The notes under the pieces were generated by a model. That model searched no databases, was not told the origin of the DNA, and was given only the letters and a program-made list of their open reading frames with translations. Positions 17,642 through 25,903 of a DNA stretch of 64,000 nucleotides are shown piece after piece. The translations under genes and the position numbers were made by a program. The stretch is from assembly GCA_003555025.1 (NCBI GenBank), contig PWHV01000011.1, forward strand, positions 12,101 through 76,100, given 5' to 3'. Positions within the stretch are counted from its first letter, which is position 1. Every line of letters starts with the position of its first letter. Source of the stretch: Methanomassiliicoccaceae archaeon. Its GTDB lineage: Archaea; Thermoplasmatota; Thermoplasmata; Methanomassiliicoccales; Methanomethylophilaceae.

Positions 17642-18099
17642 ACATGGACCTCAGCAACCAGAGGAGAATGGCGGCGGACGTCCTGAAATGCGGCGAGAAC
17701 CGCGTCTGGATCGACCCCAACAGCCTGGAGGAGGTCGCGGATTGCATAACCCGCGCCGACATCAGGACCGCCGTGGACTCCGGAATAATCAAAGCCCTTC
17801 CCCGGAAGGGCATATCGAAGGGCCGTGCCCGTCACGCCGCGGCGCAGAAGGCCAAGGGCCGCCGCAAAGGCCAAGGGAGCCGCAAGGGCACCAGCAACGC
17901 TCGGCTCTCCGACAAGGGCGTCTGGATGGGGACCATCCGCGCCCTGCGCGACGAGCTCAGGACCCTGCGCGACGAGGGCAGGATAACCCCCGCGGTGTAC
18001 CGCAAGTACTATCTACGCGCCAAGGGCGGGATGTACCGCAGCAGGAGGAACCTGGTATCCCACCTGGCATCCGAGGGACACCTGGAGGATGATAACTGA
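17638..18099 (+). CDS. rpl19e: 50S ribosomal protein eL19
   Basis: [27 protein letters not shown]. ATG overlaps the rpl32e stop. Confidence 0.94.
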   Translation: [153 protein letters not shown]

Positions 18100-18599
18100 T
18101 GGCCAGAGGACCCAGATACAAGGTGCCCTTCCGACGCAGGAGGGAGGGCAGGACCGACTACCGCTCCCGGCAGCGGCTGCTCAGAGGCAACGTGCCCCGG
18201 GCGGTGGTGAGGAGGTCCCTGAAGCACACCAGCGTGCAGCTGGTGGCTTTCGAAGCGGCCGGAGACCAGGTGCTGGCCTCCGCCAGGTCCAAGGAGCTGG
18301 AGGGGATGGGCTGGAAATACTCCGGCGCCAACCTCCCCGCCGCCTACCTCACCGGCTACATGGCCGGCAAGAGGGCCTTGGCGCAGGGCATAGAGTCCGC
18401 GGTGCTGGACATAGGGAGGCAGAAGCCGGTCAAAGGCTCCACCTGCTTCTCGGCTCTGGCAGGCATGGTCGACGCCGGGCTGGATATACCCCACGGCGAG
18501 GATGTGCGCCCCTCCGAGGAGCGCATCCGCGGCAAGCATATAGACGAGGGTATGGAGAAGGCTCTGGACGAGCTTATCGAGAAGATGGAGGCTGATTGA
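18099..18599 (+). CDS. rpl18: 50S ribosomal protein uL18
   Basis: GPRYKVPFRRRREGRTDYRSRQRLL. Confidence 0.95.
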   Translation: MARGPRYKVPFRRRREGRTDYRSRQRLLRGNVPRAVVRRSLKHTSVQLVAFEAAGDQVLASARSKELEGMGWKYSGANLPAAYLTGYMAGKRALAQGIESAVLDIGRQKPVKGSTCFSALAGMVDAGLDIPHGEDVRPSEERIRGKHIDEGMEKALDELIEKMEAD

Positions 18600-18600
18600 T

Positions 18601-19278
18601 TTGGATTGGGTTCCCAAGACCAGACTGGGAAGGATGGTATACGACGGCGAGGTGACCACGATGTCGGACGCCCTCGCCACCAAGCTCCCGCTCCGTGAAG
18701 CGGAGATAGTGGACATACTCCTGCCCGAGCTGCAGGACGAGGTCATCGACCTTAACATGGTGCAGAGGATGACCGACTCCGGCAGGAGGGTGAGGTTCGG
18801 CGTCACCTGCGCGGTGGGCAACGGCGACGGGTTCGTCGGCGTCGGCCGCGCCAAGGGCAAGGAGGTGGGCCCGACAATCAGGAAGGCCATCGACAACGCC
18901 AAGCTGAACATCATTGAGATCAAGAGGGGCTGCGGCTCCTGGGAGTGCGGCTGCGCCAACCCCCACACCCTGCCGTTCGAGGTGAGCGGCAACTCGGGGT
19001 CGGTGCGGGTGAATCTGAAGCCGTCCCCGCGGGGCATATCCCTGGCCACGGGCGACGTCGCCAAGAGCCTGCTGACCCTCGCTGGTGTAAAGGACGCCTG
19101 GGGATTCGCCAAGGGCCACACCAAGACCAAGGTGAACTACGCCCTGGCGACCTTCGAGGCGCTGAAGTTGACCTCGGAGATGAGGATCTCCGAGCAGCAG
19201 CAGCAGCGTCTGCGCATCAGCTCAGGGCCGGTGACCGTCCACGTCCATGAGACCGAAGTGGACCAGATGGAGGAGTGA
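18601..19278 (+). CDS. rps5: 30S ribosomal protein uS5
   Basis: RFGVTCAVGNGDGFVGVGRAKGKEV. TTG start as in the track. Confidence 0.94.
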   Translation: MDWVPKTRLGRMVYDGEVTTMSDALATKLPLREAEIVDILLPELQDEVIDLNMVQRMTDSGRRVRFGVTCAVGNGDGFVGVGRAKGKEVGPTIRKAIDNAKLNIIEIKRGCGSWECGCANPHTLPFEVSGNSGSVRVNLKPSPRGISLATGDVAKSLLTLAGVKDAWGFAKGHTKTKVNYALATFEALKLTSEMRISEQQQQRLRISSGPVTVHVHETEVDQMEE

Positions 19279-19280
19279 GA

Positions 19281-19739
19281 ATGGCCTACGCTGTCATCAG
19301 GGTAAGAGGCCAGGCCGACGTCACCTATGACGTCTCCCGCAACATGGAGCTCCTCAACCTCACCAAAGTGAACCATTGTGTCATCGTCCCCGAGGACGAT
19401 GTCACCAAGGGCATGCTGCAGAAGGCCAAGGACCACATCACATGGGGGGAGGTTTCCCCCGCGACGGTGGTGGAGATGCTGCGCTCCCGCGGCAAACTCC
19501 CGGGCGACAAGGCCATGGACGAGGAGTTCCTGAAGGAGTCCGGTTTCTCGGACCTGGAGGAGCTCGCCGCCGCTTTGGCAGAGAGCAGGTCGAGGCTGTC
19601 GAACATGGGCGCCAAGCCGGTGTTCAGGCTGCACCCTCCGGCGAAGGGGTACGAGGGCGTAAAGCGCTCCTACCGCACCGGTGGGGCGCTGGGATACCGC
19701 GGCGAGGCCATCAACGACCTCATAATGAGGATGATCTAG
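19281..19739 (+). CDS. rpl30: 50S ribosomal protein uL30
   Basis: MAYAVIRVRGQADV... Ends with TAG, then AGG TGA. Confidence 0.93.
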   Translation: MAYAVIRVRGQADVTYDVSRNMELLNLTKVNHCVIVPEDDVTKGMLQKAKDHITWGEVSPATVVEMLRSRGKLPGDKAMDEEFLKESGFSDLEELAAALAESRSRLSNMGAKPVFRLHPPAKGYEGVKRSYRTGGALGYRGEAINDLIMRMI

Positions 19740-19750
19740 AGGTGAACTGA

Positions 19751-20176
19751 ATGCCAAGCAGGACCAAGAAACTCAGGGGATCCCGCACCCACGGCCGCGG
19801 GATGAAGGCCGGCCGCGGAGCGGGCCTCATCGGCGGCCACGGTAACGCTGGCCTATTGAAGCACAAGCGGTTGCGCATGTTGAAATACGACCGCGACCAT
19901 TTCGGCAGGAGGGGATTCAAGAGGCCCCAGAGCATGGTGCGGGCCAACAGCACCATCAACGTGGGCGAGCTCCAGGAGGGGCTGCCGCGCCTGCTGGAGG
20001 GCGGCTTCGCCCGCCAGGAGGGCGACCGCTATGTGGTAGACCTCAGCGGCATGGGCATCGACAAGCTACTGGGCGAGGGCAGGGTGAGCGTCCCCATGGA
20101 CGTCACCGTGGCGGCGATCTCCTCCATCGCCAAGGAGAAGATAGAGGCCCAGGGCGGCTCGGTCGCCGAAGAGTGA
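19751..20176 (+). CDS. rpl15: 50S ribosomal protein uL15
   Basis: RTKKLRGSRTHGRGMKAGRGAG. Confidence 0.95.
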   Translation: MPSRTKKLRGSRTHGRGMKAGRGAGLIGGHGNAGLLKHKRLRMLKYDRDHFGRRGFKRPQSMVRANSTINVGELQEGLPRLLEGGFARQEGDRYVVDLSGMGIDKLLGEGRVSVPMDVTVAAISSIAKEKIEAQGGSVAEE

Positions 20177-20193
20177 TGCTATAAGAGCAAGGG

Positions 20194-21735
20194 ATGGGAA
20201 TGTCCGAGCAGCAGAGCCTACTCTACAAGATCAAGCCCATCGCCGACCGCCTCCCGGCGGTCACGCGCCCGGAAGGCCACGTGCACTTCCGGACCAAGCT
20301 TATCTGGGTAGCGGTCATACTGATAATGTACTTCATCATGACCAACGTCTACCTCTACGGCCTCGATGCCGAGGAGACGCTGGACATGTTCGCCCAGTAC
20401 AGGACCATCATGGCCGGGGCCTCCGGGACCCTGATGCAGCTGGGCATCGGCCCCATCGTCACCGCATCCATCATACTGCAGCTCTTCGTGGGAGCGAAGA
20501 TAATAAACCTAGACCTCACCAAGTCCGCCGACAAGGCGGTCTACCAGTCCTTCCAGAAGCTGCTGGTCATCGTGATGATAATATTCACCGCGGTTCCCCA
20601 GGTCTTCGGTTTCCTGGTGCCGTCGGACGAGTTCGTGGGTGCCGTGGGGATGAACATGGCGCGCTTCGTCATAGTGTTGCAGCTCTGCCTCGGAGCCTAT
20701 CTGTTGTTCCTCATGGACGAGGTGGTCTCCAAATGGGGCATCGGAAGCGGCGTCTCCCTGTTCATCGCCGCCGGGGTCTCGGAGGCTATATTCACCGGCA
20801 CCATAAACTGGTACCCGATGGACTCAGCGGCGGCGGTGGGCGCGGGCAACCCGCCCTCGGGCACCATCCCCAAGACGCTCTATATAATCGGCTCGCAGTC
20901 GGTGTCGGAGCTCTCGCAAGGGGGCTACGAGCAGATACTGATGGCCGAGCCCAACCCGTTGATAGCGCTGGTGGGCACCATCATAATATTCTTCTTCGTG
21001 GCGTACGTGGAGTCGTCGCGCATCGAACTGCCGTTGGCGCACGGCTCCGCCCGTGGCGCCCGTGGCCGCTATCCCATCAAACTGATCTACGCCAGCGTGA
21101 TACCGGTCATACTCATCGCCGCCCTGTTGGCGAACATCAGCATGTTCGGGCTGCTGTTCTACACCAGCGAGACCTTGAGTCAGGTGCCCATACTGGGCGG
21201 CAATCCGGCCCTGGGTCATTTCGAGCCTGGGGCAACGCAGGCCTCCGGAGGGCTGGTGTGGTATCTCTCCGCGCCGATGGGCTTGAGCGACTGGCTGCTG
21301 CCCATCTTCGATCCTGGCACCTACGGCAACGGCCACTCGCCGCTGCAGAACATCCTCAGGGTGCTGATATACTTCTCATTCATGGTCCTGGGGGCCATAC
21401 TGTTCGCCAAGTTCTGGGTCAACACCACTAACCTCGGCCCGGAGGCCGTCGCCCGGCAGATACAGAGCAGCGGCATGCAGATACCCGGCTTCCGCCGCGA
21501 CCCGCGGGTGCTCAAAAGGGTCTTGGAGCGCTACATACCGGTGGTCACGGTCATATCGGGGGCGCTGGTGGGCGGCCTCGCCGCCGGCGCAGACCTCATC
21601 GGCACCACCGGCAACGCCACCGGAACCGGCGTGCTGCTCGCCGTGGGCATACTCATACAGTTCTATGAGGCCATGGGCCGCGAGCAGATGATGGAGATGC
21701 ACCCCGTGATGCGGGGATTCTTCGGAGGTGAATGA
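20194..21735 (+). CDS. secY: preprotein translocase subunit SecY
   Basis: 10-TM protein following rpl15. LMQLGIGPIVTASIILQL is the TM2 plug region. Confidence 0.95.
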   Translation: MGMSEQQSLLYKIKPIADRLPAVTRPEGHVHFRTKLIWVAVILIMYFIMTNVYLYGLDAEETLDMFAQYRTIMAGASGTLMQLGIGPIVTASIILQLFVGAKIINLDLTKSADKAVYQSFQKLLVIVMIIFTAVPQVFGFLVPSDEFVGAVGMNMARFVIVLQLCLGAYLLFLMDEVVSKWGIGSGVSLFIAAGVSEAIFTGTINWYPMDSAAAVGAGNPPSGTIPKTLYIIGSQSVSELSQGGYEQILMAEPNPLIALVGTIIIFFFVAYVESSRIELPLAHGSARGARGRYPIKLIYASVIPVILIAALLANISMFGLLFYTSETLSQVPILGGNPALGHFEPGATQASGGLVWYLSAPMGLSDWLLPIFDPGTYGNGHSPLQNILRVLIYFSFMVLGAILFAKFWVNTTNLGPEAVARQIQSSGMQIPGFRRDPRVLKRVLERYIPVVTVISGALVGGLAAGADLIGTTGNATGTGVLLAVGILIQFYEAMGREQMMEMHPVMRGFFGGE

Positions 21736-22394
21736 TAATGGCAGATAGCAAATCCGCCAACCAGCCGCGTCTGACCACGATGCTCATATTCGTCCTGGCG
21801 ATGTTCATACTGTTCGACCAGAACATCAGGAACGCGCTGGGCCGCATTGTTGGAATGGGCTTCGAGCCGATTATAGGGTTCGATTACCAGTATCCTTTGA
21901 TAACGCTGCTGCTGGCGGGCACAATCATGGTCGGTCTGAGCACGGTGGTCCGTTCCCTCTTCACCGACTATGTGGAGATGGCCCGTTCGCAGAAGATCAT
22001 GAGCGCCTTCAACCAGGAGCTGCGCCAGGCCAGGTTGGACAACAACCTCTACAAGATAAAGAAGCTCACCGATCACCAGCAGGAGATCATGGCCAAGTCC
22101 ATGGAGATGAGCACAAAGCAGCTCAAGCTTCTGCCGGCAACCCTGCTGTTCATCATACCCATATTCTCCTGGATATCCGTCTTTGTCGTCGACCTTCCGT
22201 CGTCGATAATATCTGTGCCCTGGGCGTGGGAGGTGGATCTCAACAAAACCAACGTACTTCCGAACTGGATATTGGTGTACACTGTGGTGAGCATACCCTT
22301 CGGCCACACGCTCACGCGGTTGATACGCTTCTTCCAGTTCAGGAAGAAGCTCGAGGAGATGGACGCCGCCCAGGCCGGGGCGGAAGAGACATGA
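21732..22394 (+). CDS. DUF106 / EMC3-TMCO1-like membrane protein (archaeal YidC/Oxa1-like insertase)
   Basis: Three-TM architecture with a coiled-coil loop (QELRQARLDNNLYKIKKLTDHQQEIM). Conserved position between secY and cmk. Confidence 0.75.
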   Translation: MIMADSKSANQPRLTTMLIFVLAMFILFDQNIRNALGRIVGMGFEPIIGFDYQYPLITLLLAGTIMVGLSTVVRSLFTDYVEMARSQKIMSAFNQELRQARLDNNLYKIKKLTDHQQEIMAKSMEMSTKQLKLLPATLLFIIPIFSWISVFVVDLPSSIISVPWAWEVDLNKTNVLPNWILVYTVVSIPFGHTLTRLIRFFQFRKKLEEMDAAQAGAEET

Positions 22395-22921
22395 GGATCA
22401 CCATCAGCGGGCCTCCGGGCTCGGGCAAGACCACCGTTTGCGGCATGCTCGCCGAGAGGACGGGAAACCCGGCGGTGGTCTTCGGCCGCCTCTTCCGGGA
22501 CATGGCCGCCGAGCGGGGCCTGACCCTGGCGGAGCTGGGGGCGTTGGCGGAGAAGGAGCCCTCCATCGACCATGAGATCGACCAGCGCATACTGAAGATG
22601 GCCGCTGCCGGCGAGGACATGATCCTGGAGTCCCGGCTTTCGGCGCAGATGCTGGAACGGAACGGCATACCCGCTTTCAAGGTCTACCTCGACGCCGACC
22701 CCCTGGTGCGGGCGGAGAGGGTGGGCCGCCGCGAGGGCGAGAACCTGGAGCAGGCGGCGGAGGACATGGTCCGCCGCCAGGAATCGGAGGCCAAACGCTA
22801 CCTCCAGTACTACGGGATAGACCTATTCGACCTCAGCGTCTACGACCTGGTGATCGACACCGGCGCGATGTCGCCGGGGGAGGTCGTGGAGACGATAGCT
22901 AGAAACATGGACGGTGATTGA
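22391..22921 (+). CDS. cmk: cytidylate kinase, archaeal type
   Basis: MRITISGPPGSGKTT P-loop, about 176 aa. Conserved position after DUF106. Confidence 0.85.
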   Translation: MRITISGPPGSGKTTVCGMLAERTGNPAVVFGRLFRDMAAERGLTLAELGALAEKEPSIDHEIDQRILKMAAAGEDMILESRLSAQMLERNGIPAFKVYLDADPLVRAERVGRREGENLEQAAEDMVRRQESEAKRYLQYYGIDLFDLSVYDLVIDTGAMSPGEVVETIARNMDGD

Positions 22922-23896
22922 ATGATAATAAAGTCGGAGGACCCCGTGCCCAACCGCTGGGGCAAGAGGCCCACCGACCGTAGCCTGGGGGAGAGGCTAC
23001 GCAACGGCGTACTGGTCCTGGACAAGCCCATGGGCCCCACGTCTCATCAGGTGGCCTCCTGGGCGCGTGACGCCATCAAGGTGGAACGGATAGCCCACGG
23101 CGGCACCCTGGACCCCAATGTCAGCGGCGTGCTGCCGATATGCGTGGGGAAGGCGGTAAGGCTCACCGACCTCATGCTCGGGGCCGACAAGGAGTACGTC
23201 TGCGTGATGCGCCTGCACCGCAACCGCGGACCCGAAGCGGTCAAGAGGGTGATGGCGGAATTCATCGGGCGTATCTACCAGTTCCCGCCGCTGCGCTCGG
23301 CGGTGAGGAGGCAGTTGCGCATCAGGACGGTGCATGGGATCGATATCCTCGACATCAGCGGCCGCGATGTCCTGTTCCGCGTGGCCTGTGACGCCGGGAC
23401 CTACATACGCACCCTATGCATCGACATAGGCGAGGCGCTGGGCGTGGGCGCGAACATGGTGGAGCTGCGACGCACCCGCTCCGGGGGCATGTCCGAGGAG
23501 GAGGCGGTGACGCTGCAGCAGCTCAAGGACGCCTACGAGCTTTGGCAGGAACGAGGGCGGGCGGACCTTCTCAACGACATCATCCGGCCGGCCGAGTCGC
23601 TGGTCTCCCACCTTCCGCGGGCGGTCCTCAAGACAGCGGCGGTGGACGCTGTCTGCCATGGCGCCGACCTCGCCGTGCCCGGCATCGCCGCTTACGACGA
23701 AACCCTGCGTAAAGGCTCCCCGGCGGCGATGATGAGCTCCCGGGGGGAGCTGGTGGCGATAGGCGACCCTCTGCTTTCAGCGGAGAGGCTCGCCGAGCTC
23801 GAGAAAGGCATCGCGCTGCGCCCCCGCCGGGTGTTCATGGAACGGGGCACATATCCGCGGATGTGGAGATTCTCCACCGACCTCGATTATGAGTGA
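22922..23896 (+). CDS. cbf5: H/ACA RNP pseudouridine synthase Cbf5 (TruB family, PUA domain)
   Basis: VLDKPMGPTSHQV...HGGTLDPNVSGVLPICVG contains the catalytic Asp motif. A C-terminal PUA domain is present. Confidence 0.93.
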   Translation: MIIKSEDPVPNRWGKRPTDRSLGERLRNGVLVLDKPMGPTSHQVASWARDAIKVERIAHGGTLDPNVSGVLPICVGKAVRLTDLMLGADKEYVCVMRLHRNRGPEAVKRVMAEFIGRIYQFPPLRSAVRRQLRIRTVHGIDILDISGRDVLFRVACDAGTYIRTLCIDIGEALGVGANMVELRRTRSGGMSEEEAVTLQQLKDAYELWQERGRADLLNDIIRPAESLVSHLPRAVLKTAAVDAVCHGADLAVPGIAAYDETLRKGSPAAMMSSRGELVAIGDPLLSAERLAELEKGIALRPRRVFMERGTYPRMWRFSTDLDYE

Positions 23897-23912
23897 AATA
23901 TTATTCACAACC

Positions 23913-23920
23913 TTTATCTT
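23913..23920 (+). promoter_or_regulatory. TATA-like box for sensor kinase 1
   Basis: cctttatctt about 25-30 nt upstream of ATG 23944, implying a short or leaderless mRNA. The motif resembles the one before the paralog. Confidence 0.4.
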
Positions 23921-23943
23921 CCTAACAACGTTGCTACTCACGG

Positions 23944-25872
23944 ATGGTCAAAGCCCGCTTACTGCTCGTGGACCCCGACCCCTCCTTCTTGGACCGCGCC
24001 GCTTCGGAGCTGTCCGCCCTGGAGGGCGTCGAGGCATCAGCGGCAGCGGACGCAACCGCGGCCTTGGACATCGTTAGAGATGGGAAGATCGATGCGGTGG
24101 TCAGCGGCCACGAGGGCCGCCTTGACGCCCTGTCATTGATGGCCGAGCTGCGCCGCATCGACCCCGAACTCTCATTCATGGTCGTGGCGGACGAAGGGTC
24201 CGAGGATCTGGCCATAGAGGCGCTGGAGAAGGGGGCCGACCATTACTGCTCCAAAAAGAAGGACCCGCTCCCTTCTCTAATGAACAAGGCGGTCCAGATC
24301 GCCGAGCGTTGCCGTCGCTACCGCGATAACGAGCTGGACAGGTACCGCCTGCAGACGCTGGTGGACCTGGCGGAGAAAAGGTCGGCGCCCTTCCACGAGA
24401 TGGCCCATTTCATGCTGGAGAGCATGGTGGAGATAACCGGAAGCAAGATGGGATACATCGCCACGGTCGACACGGATGAGGGGACCTTGAACATGTTCGC
24501 CTGGTCCCAGGGCGGTTTGACCCGATGCCGCATGAAGGACCGCCCCGTCTTCTACCGGTTGGAGGAGACCGGTCTGTGGGGGGAGCCGGTGCGCCAGGGC
24601 AGGTCCGTCATGATAAACGACTACAGCAACGAGACCGAGCTGCAGAAGGGCTCCCCCAAAGGCCACGTGAGCATATCCCGCTACATGGCGATACCCGTCT
24701 ACAACAAAGGAAGGATAGTCGCCACCTGCGGCGTCGCCAACAAGGCCGAGCCTTATGACGACGACGACCTGCGCCAGCTCACAATGATGATGCATGGCAT
24801 GGAGCACCTCTACGACATAAACGCCCGGGACGCGGTCCTTTACGAGACGGAGAAGCGTTACGAGGGCATACTCCGCGCCATCCCGGTGGCGGTGGCGGTG
24901 CTCGATGCCGACGGCAGGCTGATGGACGCCAACGACCTCTTCATCAACATCGATGGTGGCCACCTGCACCGGGACGATAACATCCTCCATAAGAACGAAG
25001 GGGTGATCGCCGAGATACGCCGGCTGTTCGAGGAGTGCCGCAGGAAAGGGAGGAAGGTCAAGGACCAGATAAGCCATAGGTACTCGGTCGACCGGGATGC
25101 CCACTGGCGATGCTATGTCTCCCCCAGGTGGGACCAGAGCTACCGTTTCAATGGAGCGGTGCTGGTCATGGAGGACGCCACCGAGGAGACGGAGGCGATG
25201 AACGCCCTGGAGCAGAGCGCCAACCGCATCAAGACCATAGACCAGATCACCCGGCACGACGTGACCAACCATCTCCAGGTCCTCCATGGGTACCTGGAGA
25301 TGCTGAAGGACATGGTCGTCAGCGACAACAAGGTCGATATACTGTCCCGCATGGAGCGCAGCCTGATGTCCGTCGAGGACCACATGGATTTCGCCCGCAC
25401 CTATCAATCGCTGGGCGTGCAGAGGCCGCAGTGGCTGCTGCTGCGGCGCGAGGCGGAGTCCGCGCTCCGGCACGGCACACCTCTCGACGTGGACATAAAC
25501 CTGGACGGCCATGAGGTATGGGCGGACCCCTCTTTCAACCGCGCCCTCTACAACCTCGTGGAGAACACCATCAGGCACTCCGGCCATGCCCGCAGGGTGT
25601 GGCTTCACAGCCATATCGACGAGGACGGCTCGCTCATCATAGTCTATGAGGACGATGGGGCGGGCATCCCCGCCGGGAAGAAGGAATCCATCTTCCGCAA
25701 GGGCGTTGGTGCCAACACCGGACTGGGAATGTTCCTCGTCAAGGAGATACTGCGGCTCACCGGCATGGACATCCAGGAATGTGGAAGGGAGGGAGTGGGC
25801 GTCCGTTTCGAGATAAAGGTGCCCTCTGAGGCCCACCGCTCCGCGCAGGGGGATCGGGCCGGTCCAGCATGA
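23944..25872 (+). CDS. REC(pseudo-receiver)-GAF-PAS sensor histidine kinase
   Basis: N-terminal CheY-like fold, a GAF domain (IATVDTDEGTLNMFAWSQ...GVANK), a PAS domain, an H-box ITRHDVTNHLQVLHGYLEML, an N-box NLVENTIRH, G1 DDGAGIP and G2 GLGMFLV. Confidence 0.85.
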   Translation: MVKARLLLVDPDPSFLDRAASELSALEGVEASAAADATAALDIVRDGKIDAVVSGHEGRLDALSLMAELRRIDPELSFMVVADEGSEDLAIEALEKGADHYCSKKKDPLPSLMNKAVQIAERCRRYRDNELDRYRLQTLVDLAEKRSAPFHEMAHFMLESMVEITGSKMGYIATVDTDEGTLNMFAWSQGGLTRCRMKDRPVFYRLEETGLWGEPVRQGRSVMINDYSNETELQKGSPKGHVSISRYMAIPVYNKGRIVATCGVANKAEPYDDDDLRQLTMMMHGMEHLYDINARDAVLYETEKRYEGILRAIPVAVAVLDADGRLMDANDLFINIDGGHLHRDDNILHKNEGVIAEIRRLFEECRRKGRKVKDQISHRYSVDRDAHWRCYVSPRWDQSYRFNGAVLVMEDATEETEAMNALEQSANRIKTIDQITRHDVTNHLQVLHGYLEMLKDMVVSDNKVDILSRMERSLMSVEDHMDFARTYQSLGVQRPQWLLLRREAESALRHGTPLDVDINLDGHEVWADPSFNRALYNLVENTIRHSGHARRVWLHSHIDEDGSLIIVYEDDGAGIPAGKKESIFRKGVGANTGLGMFLVKEILRLTGMDIQECGREGVGVRFEIKVPSEAHRSAQGDRAGPA

Positions 25873-25873
25873 C

Positions 25874-25881
25874 TTTATATT
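25874..25881 (+). promoter_or_regulatory. TATA box for sensor kinase paralog 2
   Basis: tttatatt lies 23-30 nt upstream of ATG 25904, immediately after the upstream stop. Confidence 0.45.
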
Positions 25882-25903
25882 CACTCGCCGATACGTTTGA
25901 CGG

